Origin: Fimbriimonas sp.
Lineage (GTDB): Bacteria; Armatimonadota; Fimbriimonadia; Fimbriimonadales; Fimbriimonadaceae
Reading direction: 5' to 3'
Assembly: GCA_031292555.1 (NCBI GenBank)
Contig: JARLGV010000032.1
Span: forward strand, 6,651 to 70,650
Length of the DNA: 64,000 nucleotides
The first letter of the stretch is position 1, and every line of letters begins with the position of its first letter. Of this stretch, positions 1 to 8,329 are shown one piece after another. The notes beneath the pieces are model-generated. The model saw only the letters and a program-made list of their open reading frames with translations, was not told the DNA's origin and made no database searches. Position numbers and translations under genes: made by a program.

Positions 1-173
1 TCATGCTGCGTAACATGACGCAGCTAGCCGAAGCGGGAGCTACGATTTTGCCCGCATGTCCAGCTTGGTACAGCCGTCCACAAACGATCGAGGACGTAGC
101 TGACACGGTCGTGGCTCGAATCCTCCAGCACCTGGGAATCACGCAGACGCTCGTCGAGGAGTGGGGAAGTTAG
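1..173 (+). CDS. ubiX: Flavin prenyltransferase UbiX, 3' part (runs off the left edge)
   Basis: Manual translation from nt 3: MLRNMTQLAEAGATILPACPAWYSRPQTIEDVADTVVARILQHLGI..., the typical UbiX C-terminus; TAG at 171-173. Confidence 0.85.
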   Translation, partial: MLRNMTQLAEAGATILPACPAWYSRPQTIEDVADTVVARILQHLGITQTLVEEWGS

Positions 174-230
174 CCTCGGACGCCAATCGCCGGCAATTCA
201 GCCTAGTCCCGAACCATGTAGACTTTCGGT

Positions 231-1364
231 GTGATTCGCGAAGATCGCTTGGTCCGCTTGTTTCTCGACCTGATTCACATAGACGCTCCGGCGTTGAAAG
301 AACAGGAGGTCGTGGCCTGGACGCGAGCTTATTTGGCGGCAATGGGGCTCGAGGTGAGGGAAGACCAGGCAGGTGAGGCAATCGGTGGCAATGCCAACAA
401 CGTGATTGCCTGGCTTAGGGGAAACGTCCCGGCCGCGCCCCGGGTGTTCCTGTCCGCTCATTTCGATACGGTTGAGCCGACTGCGGGGCTCGTCGTAGAA
501 GAACGGAACGGCGTGTTCTACAGCAAATCGGACACGATCTTGGGGGCTGACGACAAGGGCGGGATGGCCCCAGCCATCGAAGCTGTCCACGCGCTGATCG
601 AATCGGGCGAGCCTCACGGCGATATTTGTCTGCTCTTTTCGTGCGCCGAGGAGATCGGACTTAAGGGAGCGGCCGCGCTCGACATCCAGGAACTTGGGCT
701 CGACTTCGGATATGTGCTCGACACCGGACCCCCTGTCGGAAGTTTCGTGACTCGTACCGCGACTCACGACAACCTTGAGATCACGATCCACGGTAAACCT
801 GCGCATGCAGGAAAGGATCCTGAGAACGGCATCAACGCCATCCAAGTGGCGGCGAGTGCGATTCAGGGCATGTGTTTGGGCCGCATCGGATCAGAGACCA
901 CCGCGAATTTGGGCATCATCGAAGGAGGGACTGCCGTAAACGTGGTTTGTCCCTTCGTGAAGATTCGCGCCGAAGCCCGGAGCACGAGCGTCGAAGCGCT
1001 CGATGCACAGATTGCACACATGGTCGACCGATTCGAGTCGGCTGCCGTCGAATGGCGCACCACGGTCGAGATCCAACACCACCGTCACTACGACGCCTAC
1101 GAGATCTCTGAGGATGAGCCAGTCGTTAAGGTCGGCCTTCTTGCCGCAGAAGCTTGTGGGTTTGATCCCAAACTGAGGACAACCCTGGGTGGAAGCGACG
1201 CAAACGTCTATAACGCCAAGGGCCTTCCTTGCATCGTTATGGCTACCGGAATGGACAAGATTCACACTCATGACGAATGCATTTCCCGTGAATCATTGAT
1301 CGACACGGCACGTCTTACTTATCAGGTCTTGCGGGAGGCGGCTAAGTTTGCTTCGAATCGATAA
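231..1364 (+). CDS. M20/M25/M40 family peptidase (PepT-like)
   Basis: Motifs SAHFDTV, GADDKGG, EEIG, C-terminal IHT; GTG start 6 nt after a TAGACT box. Confidence 0.9.
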   Translation: MIREDRLVRLFLDLIHIDAPALKEQEVVAWTRAYLAAMGLEVREDQAGEAIGGNANNVIAWLRGNVPAAPRVFLSAHFDTVEPTAGLVVEERNGVFYSKSDTILGADDKGGMAPAIEAVHALIESGEPHGDICLLFSCAEEIGLKGAAALDIQELGLDFGYVLDTGPPVGSFVTRTATHDNLEITIHGKPAHAGKDPENGINAIQVAASAIQGMCLGRIGSETTANLGIIEGGTAVNVVCPFVKIRAEARSTSVEALDAQIAHMVDRFESAAVEWRTTVEIQHHRHYDAYEISEDEPVVKVGLLAAEACGFDPKLRTTLGGSDANVYNAKGLPCIVMATGMDKIHTHDECISRESLIDTARLTYQVLREAAKFASNR

Positions 1365-1441
1365 GGCAGGCTTATTAACAGGCGCCTCGTAGTGCTATGC
1401 TTTGTGGCGGACGCAGTCCAATCGATCATGGAGGATTTGAC

Positions 1442-1951
1442 ATGAAGAAATTGTTATCAATCTCGGCCGTCTTGGCCGTGTTCGCATGCGCGACGACGTC
1501 TGCGTTCGCAGACACCCCGGGCGACTCTGGAGTGTCCGTTCGCATTGGCGCCGTTTATCCGACTCAGGTAGATACGCGAAATGCGACGTCAAACGTCTGG
1601 TTTGCGGGCGGAGTCGACTACAAGGTAACCAGCCTAAATACGTCGTTTGGAACCGGCAATCTGTCCGTTTCGGTGGACTACATGGGCAAGGGCAGCTTTG
1701 AGTCGGTCCCGGTCCTTCTGAACTACACATCCGGCAAGACTGCCTACTGGTCGATCGGCGCCGGCGGCAGCTTCACCCAGTTCGTTCAAGACGACGGCAA
1801 TACGAACAATAAGTTCCGCTTTGCATATAGCGCTGCGCTCGGCTACAACTTCAAGGGCGGGGAAATCCCCACGTTTATCGAAGTGAGATACTTCGGCAAC
1901 GATCAGCCCCGAGTGGCCGGAGTTGGAGTCTACATCGGCGCCCGGTTCTAA
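1442..1951 (+). CDS. Small outer-membrane beta-barrel protein (about 8 strands, OmpA/OmpW-like)
   Basis: GGAGG RBS before ATG 1442; signal peptide MKKLLSISAVLAVFA..SAFA; amphipathic strands; ends in Phe (GVYIGARF). Confidence 0.75.
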   Translation: MKKLLSISAVLAVFACATTSAFADTPGDSGVSVRIGAVYPTQVDTRNATSNVWFAGGVDYKVTSLNTSFGTGNLSVSVDYMGKGSFESVPVLLNYTSGKTAYWSIGAGGSFTQFVQDDGNTNNKFRFAYSAALGYNFKGGEIPTFIEVRYFGNDQPRVAGVGVYIGARF

Positions 1952-1969
1952 TTCGAACGTAAGCCATCC

Positions 1970-2007
1970 GCGGGCCAAGAACAGGTTCTTGGCCCGTCTC
2001 AGTTTTT
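1970..2007 (+). terminator. Intrinsic terminator after the beta-barrel gene
   Basis: Stem GCGGGCCAAGAA / TTCTTGGCCCGT followed by a T-run at 2003-2007. Confidence 0.75.
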
Positions 2008-2013
2008 GGCAAG

Positions 2014-2039
2014 TGAACCTTTTGCGGAATCCACCGTTA
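2014..2039 (+). promoter_or_regulatory. Candidate ECF-sigma-dependent (autoregulatory) promoter
   Basis: TGAAC-N17-GTTA immediately upstream of the ECF sigma gene; resembles the AAC / (C)GT bipartite ECF consensus. Confidence 0.5.
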
Positions 2040-2052
2040 CAGCTTCACAGTC

Positions 2053-2673
2053 ATGGAGATTTGCATCGGTGCTTCAAGGGTTAGCGTGAGGGAACCGCGA
2101 GATCAGGCGTCGGAGGCCTCCCTCATCGAGCGATGCAGAAGGCAGGACTTCGAAGCCTTCGGCCAATTGGTCGATGCCTACCAAAACCGTGTATTCGGTT
2201 TCGTGCGCAGGATGGTCGTCAATGCCGAAGAAGCCGCCGACGTGACGCAGGACGTTTTTATTAGGGCCTTTCAGAATTTTCAGCGCTTCGACGGACGCTG
2301 CTCGGTGCGTACATGGCTCTTTCGAATTGCCTATCACCTGTGCGTTGACCGGGCCCGCAAGAACGTGCGGTCTCCCCAAGAAGTCGCTCTCTACGATCCC
2401 TCCGACGGCGAGGCAGTCGACGTCGCTGACTGCCGGTGGCAACCGGAGCAACTGGTTATCGATGACGAGTTGATGGGTGTGGTCGAGTCCGGAATCGCTT
2501 CGATGAGCGAGAAGTTGCGAAGTGTGCTTATCTTGCATGACCGCGAGGATATGGCTTACGAAGAGATCAGTCAGGCGCTCGGCGTGCCCGTCGGAACGGT
2601 CAAGAGCAGACTGTTTCTTGCGAGGGCCCATTTGCAGGATGTCGTCAAACGGTATCTGGAGGCTGAGGCTTAA
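2053..2673 (+). CDS. ECF (sigma-70 group 4) RNA polymerase sigma factor
   Basis: Region 2 (AADVTQDVFIRAF..FDGRCSVRTWLFRIA) and region 4 (YEEISQALGVPVGTVKSRLFLAR). Confidence 0.93.
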   Translation: MEICIGASRVSVREPRDQASEASLIERCRRQDFEAFGQLVDAYQNRVFGFVRRMVVNAEEAADVTQDVFIRAFQNFQRFDGRCSVRTWLFRIAYHLCVDRARKNVRSPQEVALYDPSDGEAVDVADCRWQPEQLVIDDELMGVVESGIASMSEKLRSVLILHDREDMAYEEISQALGVPVGTVKSRLFLARAHLQDVVKRYLEAEA

Positions 2674-2677
2674 GGTT

Positions 2678-3121
2678 ATGAACGGAAGAGATCTTGATAG
2701 AATGAACTCGGTGGACGATATGATCGAGAGCCCAGAACAGCACTCTGTCCGCAAGTTGGTGCAGGCGCTTCCAGAGGAGTCGCTAAGCCTTGCTTGGCGA
2801 AGTTCTCTCAACGAAAAGCTCCTCGAGACTGCCGCCGCCAAGAAGCGGCGCAATCGTCTCAACTGGATTTTGCGTCCCGCCCTCGGTTTAGGCTTGGCCT
2901 CGGTGCTCGCCGTGATCGTCCTGTTTCATCCGTCGCAAGCGCCCAAATCGTCAACGCCGGATCGAGGTATCGAATCGGCCATCGTGTCGGATCATCGCGC
3001 ATCCGTGCTTCTTGGAGAGGTCTCCAGCGCCGGCCTAAACGTTAATGAGGTGGCCAGTGAGGCGAACCCGCAAGAGCCGGATGACGGGCTCTGGACCGAT
3101 TCAGACGTCCAAGGATTATGA
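2678..3121 (+). CDS. Putative single-pass anti-sigma factor
   Basis: Directly follows the ECF gene; short cytoplasmic N-terminus, basic patch KKRRNR, one TM (PALGLGLASVLAVIVLF), periplasmic tail; start taken as ATG 2678. Confidence 0.65.
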   Translation: MNGRDLDRMNSVDDMIESPEQHSVRKLVQALPEESLSLAWRSSLNEKLLETAAAKKRRNRLNWILRPALGLGLASVLAVIVLFHPSQAPKSSTPDRGIESAIVSDHRASVLLGEVSSAGLNVNEVASEANPQEPDDGLWTDSDVQGL

Positions 3122-4104
3122 AAGGTCGAATAGTATCGGTTGTGGCGTTAATCGGAGTCGCCATGTTGGCGGCTGGACAACACGGCAGGCCAGGTCGCGG
3201 ACGCTTTGAAGGGATTCCGCCTCTACTCTTGAGGGCGATTCGTGCCCAGCCGTCGCTCCGGTACAAGGGCGCCTATACGACAGAGTTCCGACAAGGACCC
3301 GCCTCCATTCGACACCAGGAGTACATCACCCGAGAGGGCGATCGGTACCGAATCGATTTTCCCAACGACTCTCAGTTTGCCGGGCAAGTGATCATCGAGA
3401 ACAGTCGGGAGCGGCTTCACTACCACCCGATCACGAACGAAATTGTCCAGCAGCCTCCTCGTCACGGCGAGGTCTGGGAGCGAATCGCTAATCTGGCGAA
3501 TAACCGAAAGTTCGTGCTGACAACCGTTCCGGGTGAGCTGATTGCCGGCATGCGGACTGAAGAGCTTGTTGTGTCCGATCGGGCAGGGAACCTCGTTCAG
3601 CGCCTTTACATCGAGCCAATCTCCGGCCTAATCATGAAGCGTCAGCTCTTTGACTTCGTGGGTACCCAGATTGGATATTTCGAGTTCACCGAAGTTGCGC
3701 TGAATCCTAAGATCGAACCTGACACTTTTGTGATCAAGCGTCGTGATGCACGAGTGATTACGCCGCGAATTCAACTTGAACGCCTATGCCGGAGGCGCGG
3801 CTTCCACGTTGTCTTCCTTCCGCCCTCAAGCGGCTATAAGCTCGAGGGGGCTTCGCCTAGGAATTTTGCCGGCACCGACGGGCTGGTACAGAGCTATTTG
3901 AACGGAAATGAACGGTTGTGGGTCTACGATTTGAAGGGGCCGATCAACGCAAATCGACTTCGCCAAAACGCTGGGCGAGATTTGCACGTACATTCCTTTG
4001 AATTGAACGGAGAAACGATCGTGCTGATGGCCAAGATCGACGAACAGACGCTCGCGCGGTTTGCCACGTTGATGGAGAGTGGAACTCCAGCCCGTCAACG
4101 CTAA
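3118..4104 (+). CDS. MucB/RseB-like (LolA-fold) periplasmic sigma regulator
   Basis: Signal peptide; RseB-like N-domain pattern (IAGMRTEELVV..RLYIEPISGLIMKRQLFD..FTEV); third gene of the ECF operon with a 4-nt overlap. Confidence 0.7.
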   Translation: MKGRIVSVVALIGVAMLAAGQHGRPGRGRFEGIPPLLLRAIRAQPSLRYKGAYTTEFRQGPASIRHQEYITREGDRYRIDFPNDSQFAGQVIIENSRERLHYHPITNEIVQQPPRHGEVWERIANLANNRKFVLTTVPGELIAGMRTEELVVSDRAGNLVQRLYIEPISGLIMKRQLFDFVGTQIGYFEFTEVALNPKIEPDTFVIKRRDARVITPRIQLERLCRRRGFHVVFLPPSSGYKLEGASPRNFAGTDGLVQSYLNGNERLWVYDLKGPINANRLRQNAGRDLHVHSFELNGETIVLMAKIDEQTLARFATLMESGTPARQR

Positions 4105-4117
4105 GTTATAATTTCTT

Positions 4118-6478
4118 GTGGCATCGAAAGCTCGGCCGCGTACTATAGCCAGGAAAAGGTCCCCTTGGGTGAGGAGACTCAAACTCGGCATCTTGACCGG
4201 CCTCATGATCGTCCTTGTTGCTGCCTCCGTTGTCGGTGGCTTCTTCCTCGTCTCGCTAAACGAAGCAAAGCGAGACATGGCCGATCTTCAGAGTCGCATC
4301 GACTCCGTCAACAAGCCAACGAGCACGATTCTCAGCGCCGATGGCGAAGTGCTTTTTCGGGTGACGACTGAGAATCGGATTCTGCTCAAGCTACGCCAGA
4401 TCCCCAAGTACGTGCAAAACGCCGTTCTGGCCGCCGAAGATAAGCGGTTCTACCAGCACTCTGGTGTCGACTTCTGGTCGCTTGCCAGGGCTGGCGTGCT
4501 TGCTGCTCGCGATCGTCGCCTATCTCAAGGTGGTAGTACCATCACAATGCAGTTGGTCAAGCTGCTCTTCAACGGCAGCCGAAAGACTTTCCGCCGGAAG
4601 ATGAACGACATCGCTTACGCGACGGCAATGGAAGAGAATCTCCCCAAAGACCAGATCCTGGAGCTCTATCTCAACAAGGTCTTCTTCGGAGAGGGCGCAT
4701 TCGGCATCGGCGAGGCAGCCAAGGTCTATCTCAACAAGTCGGTTGACGAGCTGACGATCGGCGAGGCCGCAATGCTCGCTCGCTGCATCCGACTCCCAAG
4801 CAAGGAAAACCCGATTCGCGACCTCAACAAGGCGCTCGAGAACCGCGATATCGTCCTCGGCATTATGAAGGACGAGAAGATGATCACCCAGGCTCAGTAC
4901 GAGAAGGCGATCGTCGAGAAGCCCCGCATCAACCCCAAGCCGAGCGGCACCGGAGTCTATGTGAAGCCGGGCGCCGAGTATTTCGTGGACCACGTCAAGG
5001 AGTTTGTAGAGAAGGACCTCCAACTGCACCTAAGCGAAGGCGGATACACGATCGAAACATCACTCGATTTCAAGCTGCAAAGAGCTGCTGAAGAGGCGGT
5101 ACGTGAGGTTGTCGAAGAGAATCGCGGGAATAAAGTCAATCAGGGCGCTTTCATGGTGATGGACAGCGACGGAAGGATCCTCGCCGAAGTCGGCGGGACG
5201 AACTACCGCAAGCATCAGTTCAACATCATTACTCACGGCACACTGCAGCCCGGTTCCGGCTTCAAGGCCATCCTGTACGCCACCGCGCTGAAGGATGGCG
5301 CGATCACGATGGATAGTATGCTCTCCAATGCTCCCATCACCAAGGTCGACGAAACGGGCAAGGTATGGCACCCAGGGAACTCTAGTCGCAGCGAGAATCG
5401 TCCCGAATACAGCTTGAGAACGGCATTCGCCAGTTCGATCAACCTATGCGCGATTCATACGATCGAGAAGATCGGACCAGATGCGGTCGTGGAGACCGCT
5501 CATGATGCGTTCGGCTTCCGCTCCCGTCTGGACCCGTATGAAACCTTGGCGCTCGGCGCTAGCGCGGTAGCCCCGATAGAGATGGCCGAAGCCTACTCGG
5601 TGTTCATGCTGCGAGGCGATCGGGTTCGACCCCAACCGGTGGTTCGTGTTCTTGGCGAGGATGGCAGTATCGTCAAGCAGTACGACCCCCAGCGCTTCGT
5701 CGGAGTATTCGATGCAGGTGTTTGCGACGAGATGGATCAGCTTCTGCGGGCCGTCGTCGAAGAGGGAACCGGCCAAGCTGCCCGGCCTGTGCCGGACGCT
5801 CGTGGAAAGACCGGCACCACTAACGATGCCAAAGACGCGTGGTTCACTGGCTATACAGACGGCGTACTTGGGGTCGGTTGGGTGGGCAACGAGCAGAAGT
5901 ACCACGGTCAATGGGTCCCGCGCCCGATGGCCGATGCCGTCTACGGTGGAACGGTCACCGCGCGCATCTGGGCAAAGATCATGGCGATCGCCCAAGCGAA
6001 GTACGGAAAGACGAGCGCACCCCAACCAGCCCAGGCGGTACATGTCGACCCTAAGAGCGCAAAGCCGACAGTGCCGGTAGGCGCGAAGCCTGATGACGGC
6101 CTCGCGGCGATCGACAGTTCCGATGCCGCCGGCAAGGCGGCCGCAGAAGGCACGACCGACGCGGCCGGCGCGCCTATAAACGAAGGGCCGCCTACATCGG
6201 CTTCGGCGGGCCAGGCCGCCGACACCATCGGATCCACCGAGGGAGCAAAAGCCGACGCGCCCAAACCAAAACGTAGCGATAGTGAGGCGACTGTGCCACG
6301 ACGAGGCGGTTCGTCGCGGAGTGCCACCCGTGACGAACCGGCGAACACGGTCACCGTCGAAGTCTGCACAAAATCCGGTCAAGTCGCTAATCCTTACTGT
6401 CCCGAAACCGTAACGCGGACGTTCCAACGCGGCAAAGAGCCTAAGCATGTTTGCCGCATCCACGGTCCGGGAGACTAG
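4118..6478 (+). CDS. Class A bifunctional penicillin-binding protein (PBP1A family)
   Basis: Transglycosylase motifs EDKRFYQH, GGSTITMQL, YLNKVFFG; transpeptidase SGFK, SIN, KTGT. Confidence 0.93.
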   Translation: MASKARPRTIARKRSPWVRRLKLGILTGLMIVLVAASVVGGFFLVSLNEAKRDMADLQSRIDSVNKPTSTILSADGEVLFRVTTENRILLKLRQIPKYVQNAVLAAEDKRFYQHSGVDFWSLARAGVLAARDRRLSQGGSTITMQLVKLLFNGSRKTFRRKMNDIAYATAMEENLPKDQILELYLNKVFFGEGAFGIGEAAKVYLNKSVDELTIGEAAMLARCIRLPSKENPIRDLNKALENRDIVLGIMKDEKMITQAQYEKAIVEKPRINPKPSGTGVYVKPGAEYFVDHVKEFVEKDLQLHLSEGGYTIETSLDFKLQRAAEEAVREVVEENRGNKVNQGAFMVMDSDGRILAEVGGTNYRKHQFNIITHGTLQPGSGFKAILYATALKDGAITMDSMLSNAPITKVDETGKVWHPGNSSRSENRPEYSLRTAFASSINLCAIHTIEKIGPDAVVETAHDAFGFRSRLDPYETLALGASAVAPIEMAEAYSVFMLRGDRVRPQPVVRVLGEDGSIVKQYDPQRFVGVFDAGVCDEMDQLLRAVVEEGTGQAARPVPDARGKTGTTNDAKDAWFTGYTDGVLGVGWVGNEQKYHGQWVPRPMADAVYGGTVTARIWAKIMAIAQAKYGKTSAPQPAQAVHVDPKSAKPTVPVGAKPDDGLAAIDSSDAAGKAAAEGTTDAAGAPINEGPPTSASAGQAADTIGSTEGAKADAPKPKRSDSEATVPRRGGSSRSATRDEPANTVTVEVCTKSGQVANPYCPETVTRTFQRGKEPKHVCRIHGPGD

Positions 6479-6481
6479 GCA

Positions 6482-8329
6482 ATGTCGGTCATTCACACGC
6501 CGCGCAAGCCGGAGTTGGAACTGCGTATTCTCGCGTTCCCCGTCGTTATGGGCGTGCTGCTGCTGGTCCTCTTCATGCGCCTCTGGTATTTCCAGGTCGT
6601 CAAGGCGCCGGAACTCGTTGAAAAGGCTGAGTTCTCGCGCACGATCGAGGTGACCAGTCCCGCGCCGCGCGGCCTGATCTATGATCGAAACGGCGAATTG
6701 GTGGCAGGCGTCAAGCCTGAAATCGTGATCACTGCGGTTCCTAACGTGGTGAAGAAGAACCCTTGGGTCCTCGATCGGGTGGCTCAGATCCTGAAGGTTG
6801 ATCCGAGGAAGCTGGAACTAAAGGTGAAGGACGCCAGTTGGCGTCCGTTCTTGCCGTCGACCGTCTATGTCGGTGCTTCGATCAAAGACGGGGCGATGAT
6901 TTCGGAGTCTCACGACGACTTGCCTGGGATCGGAGTAGCAATGCAGCCGATGCGTTACTACCCAGACAGCCTAAGCTTTACCCATCTGCTTGGGTACGTG
7001 TGGACGCCAAGCAAGGACGATTTGACGCGCATTGAAGGATTGGGCCGAAAACCGGCCGACTATGTCGGAAGGACGGGCATCGAGCGAGCCTATGAAACTT
7101 CGCTCATGGGTGACCCGGGCGCCGAGAAACAGGAGATCGACGCCAAGCGTCGCCCGGTGCGGATTGCTGAGCGGGATTCGGCCAATCCAGGTGATCAACT
7201 GGTGCTGACGATCGACTCGAAGCTCCAGAAGTTCGCCACAAATTACCTAAAGGACCACCAGCAGGTTGGCGGAGTCGTTGCGCTCGATCCCAGGACCGGC
7301 GAGGTTCTCTGCTTGGTCAGCAGTCCTACCTTCGACCAGAACGTGTTTACCGGCGGCGATCTTAAGTCTGTGCTGGACAACGAGGAGAGGCCGCTGATCG
7401 ATCGAGCCATCCGATCGAGCTACTCACCCGGCTCGACCTTCAAGATCGTGACGAGCATTGCCGCCTACTACAAGGGCGTATTCGACCCCGACAAGTACTT
7501 CTTCTGCGCGGGCGGCGTGAAGGTCGGACGCCACGGCTTCGTTAAGTGCCTAGGCTACCACCGCAACATCGGCTACTACGATGCGATGGCCAAGTCGTGC
7601 AACAGCTACTTCTGTCAACTTGGCAAGGAGGCAGGCGAAGACAGCCTTCGCAAGGCGGCCTTGGATGTCGGGTTCGGAGTGAAGGAGGGCATCGATATCG
7701 GTGGTGAAGTAAACGGCGTCGTACCCACCGAGGCGTATATCGAAAAGCGCCACCTCAAATGGTACACGGGCGACACGTTCAATTTCTCGATTGGGCAGGG
7801 CTACGTTAGTGCCACGCCGCTTCAGCTTGCCAATCTCGCGGCCCTTGTCGCGAATAGCGGCACCAACTATGTGCCCCACTTGGTGAAGGAGATCCGTTCC
7901 GCCGATGGAAAAGGAGCGAAGACGGTTGTCCAGCCTCAGATCTGCCACCACGTCGATGCCTCCCCAAAATTCTGGACGGAACTCCAGACCGCCCTCATTG
8001 GGGTGATGGACCATGGAACGGCATCGTTCACCGGAAAGATACCAGGGGTTGTCTGGGCAGGCAAAACTGGGAGCGTTGAGCATGGGAGGGCCAAAGACGA
8101 GCAGATGAAGACCCACGCAGTGTTCGTGGGCTATGCCCCGGCAGAAAACCCCCGGATTGCGATCTGTGTGCTCATCGAGAATGCAGGCCACGGTGGCGAC
8201 GTGGCGGCGCCGCCGGCACGCGATATCGTTGAATCCTACTTGAGAGAGAGCGAATCCAAGGCTCCCGCGAATACCTTGCCGGCCGCATCAGCCTCTGCCG
8301 CCAACTCGGGCTTGCCCAACGCTCGATAG
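6482..8329 (+). CDS. mrdA: Penicillin-binding protein 2 (class B)
   Basis: LWYFQVVK TM anchor, APRGLIYDRNG, STFK, SCN, KTG. Confidence 0.92.
   Translation: MSVIHTPRKPELELRILAFPVVMGVLLLVLFMRLWYFQVVKAPELVEKAEFSRTIEVTSPAPRGLIYDRNGELVAGVKPEIVITAVPNVVKKNPWVLDRVAQILKVDPRKLELKVKDASWRPFLPSTVYVGASIKDGAMISESHDDLPGIGVAMQPMRYYPDSLSFTHLLGYVWTPSKDDLTRIEGLGRKPADYVGRTGIERAYETSLMGDPGAEKQEIDAKRRPVRIAERDSANPGDQLVLTIDSKLQKFATNYLKDHQQVGGVVALDPRTGEVLCLVSSPTFDQNVFTGGDLKSVLDNEERPLIDRAIRSSYSPGSTFKIVTSIAAYYKGVFDPDKYFFCAGGVKVGRHGFVKCLGYHRNIGYYDAMAKSCNSYFCQLGKEAGEDSLRKAALDVGFGVKEGIDIGGEVNGVVPTEAYIEKRHLKWYTGDTFNFSIGQGYVSATPLQLANLAALVANSGTNYVPHLVKEIRSADGKGAKTVVQPQICHHVDASPKFWTELQTALIGVMDHGTASFTGKIPGVVWAGKTGSVEHGRAKDEQMKTHAVFVGYAPAENPRIAICVLIENAGHGGDVAAPPARDIVESYLRESESKAPANTLPAASASAANSGLPNAR

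Noticed and set aside
5444-6496. 350-aa minus-strand ORF
   Set aside because: Antisense shadow of PBP1A; no motif or RBS
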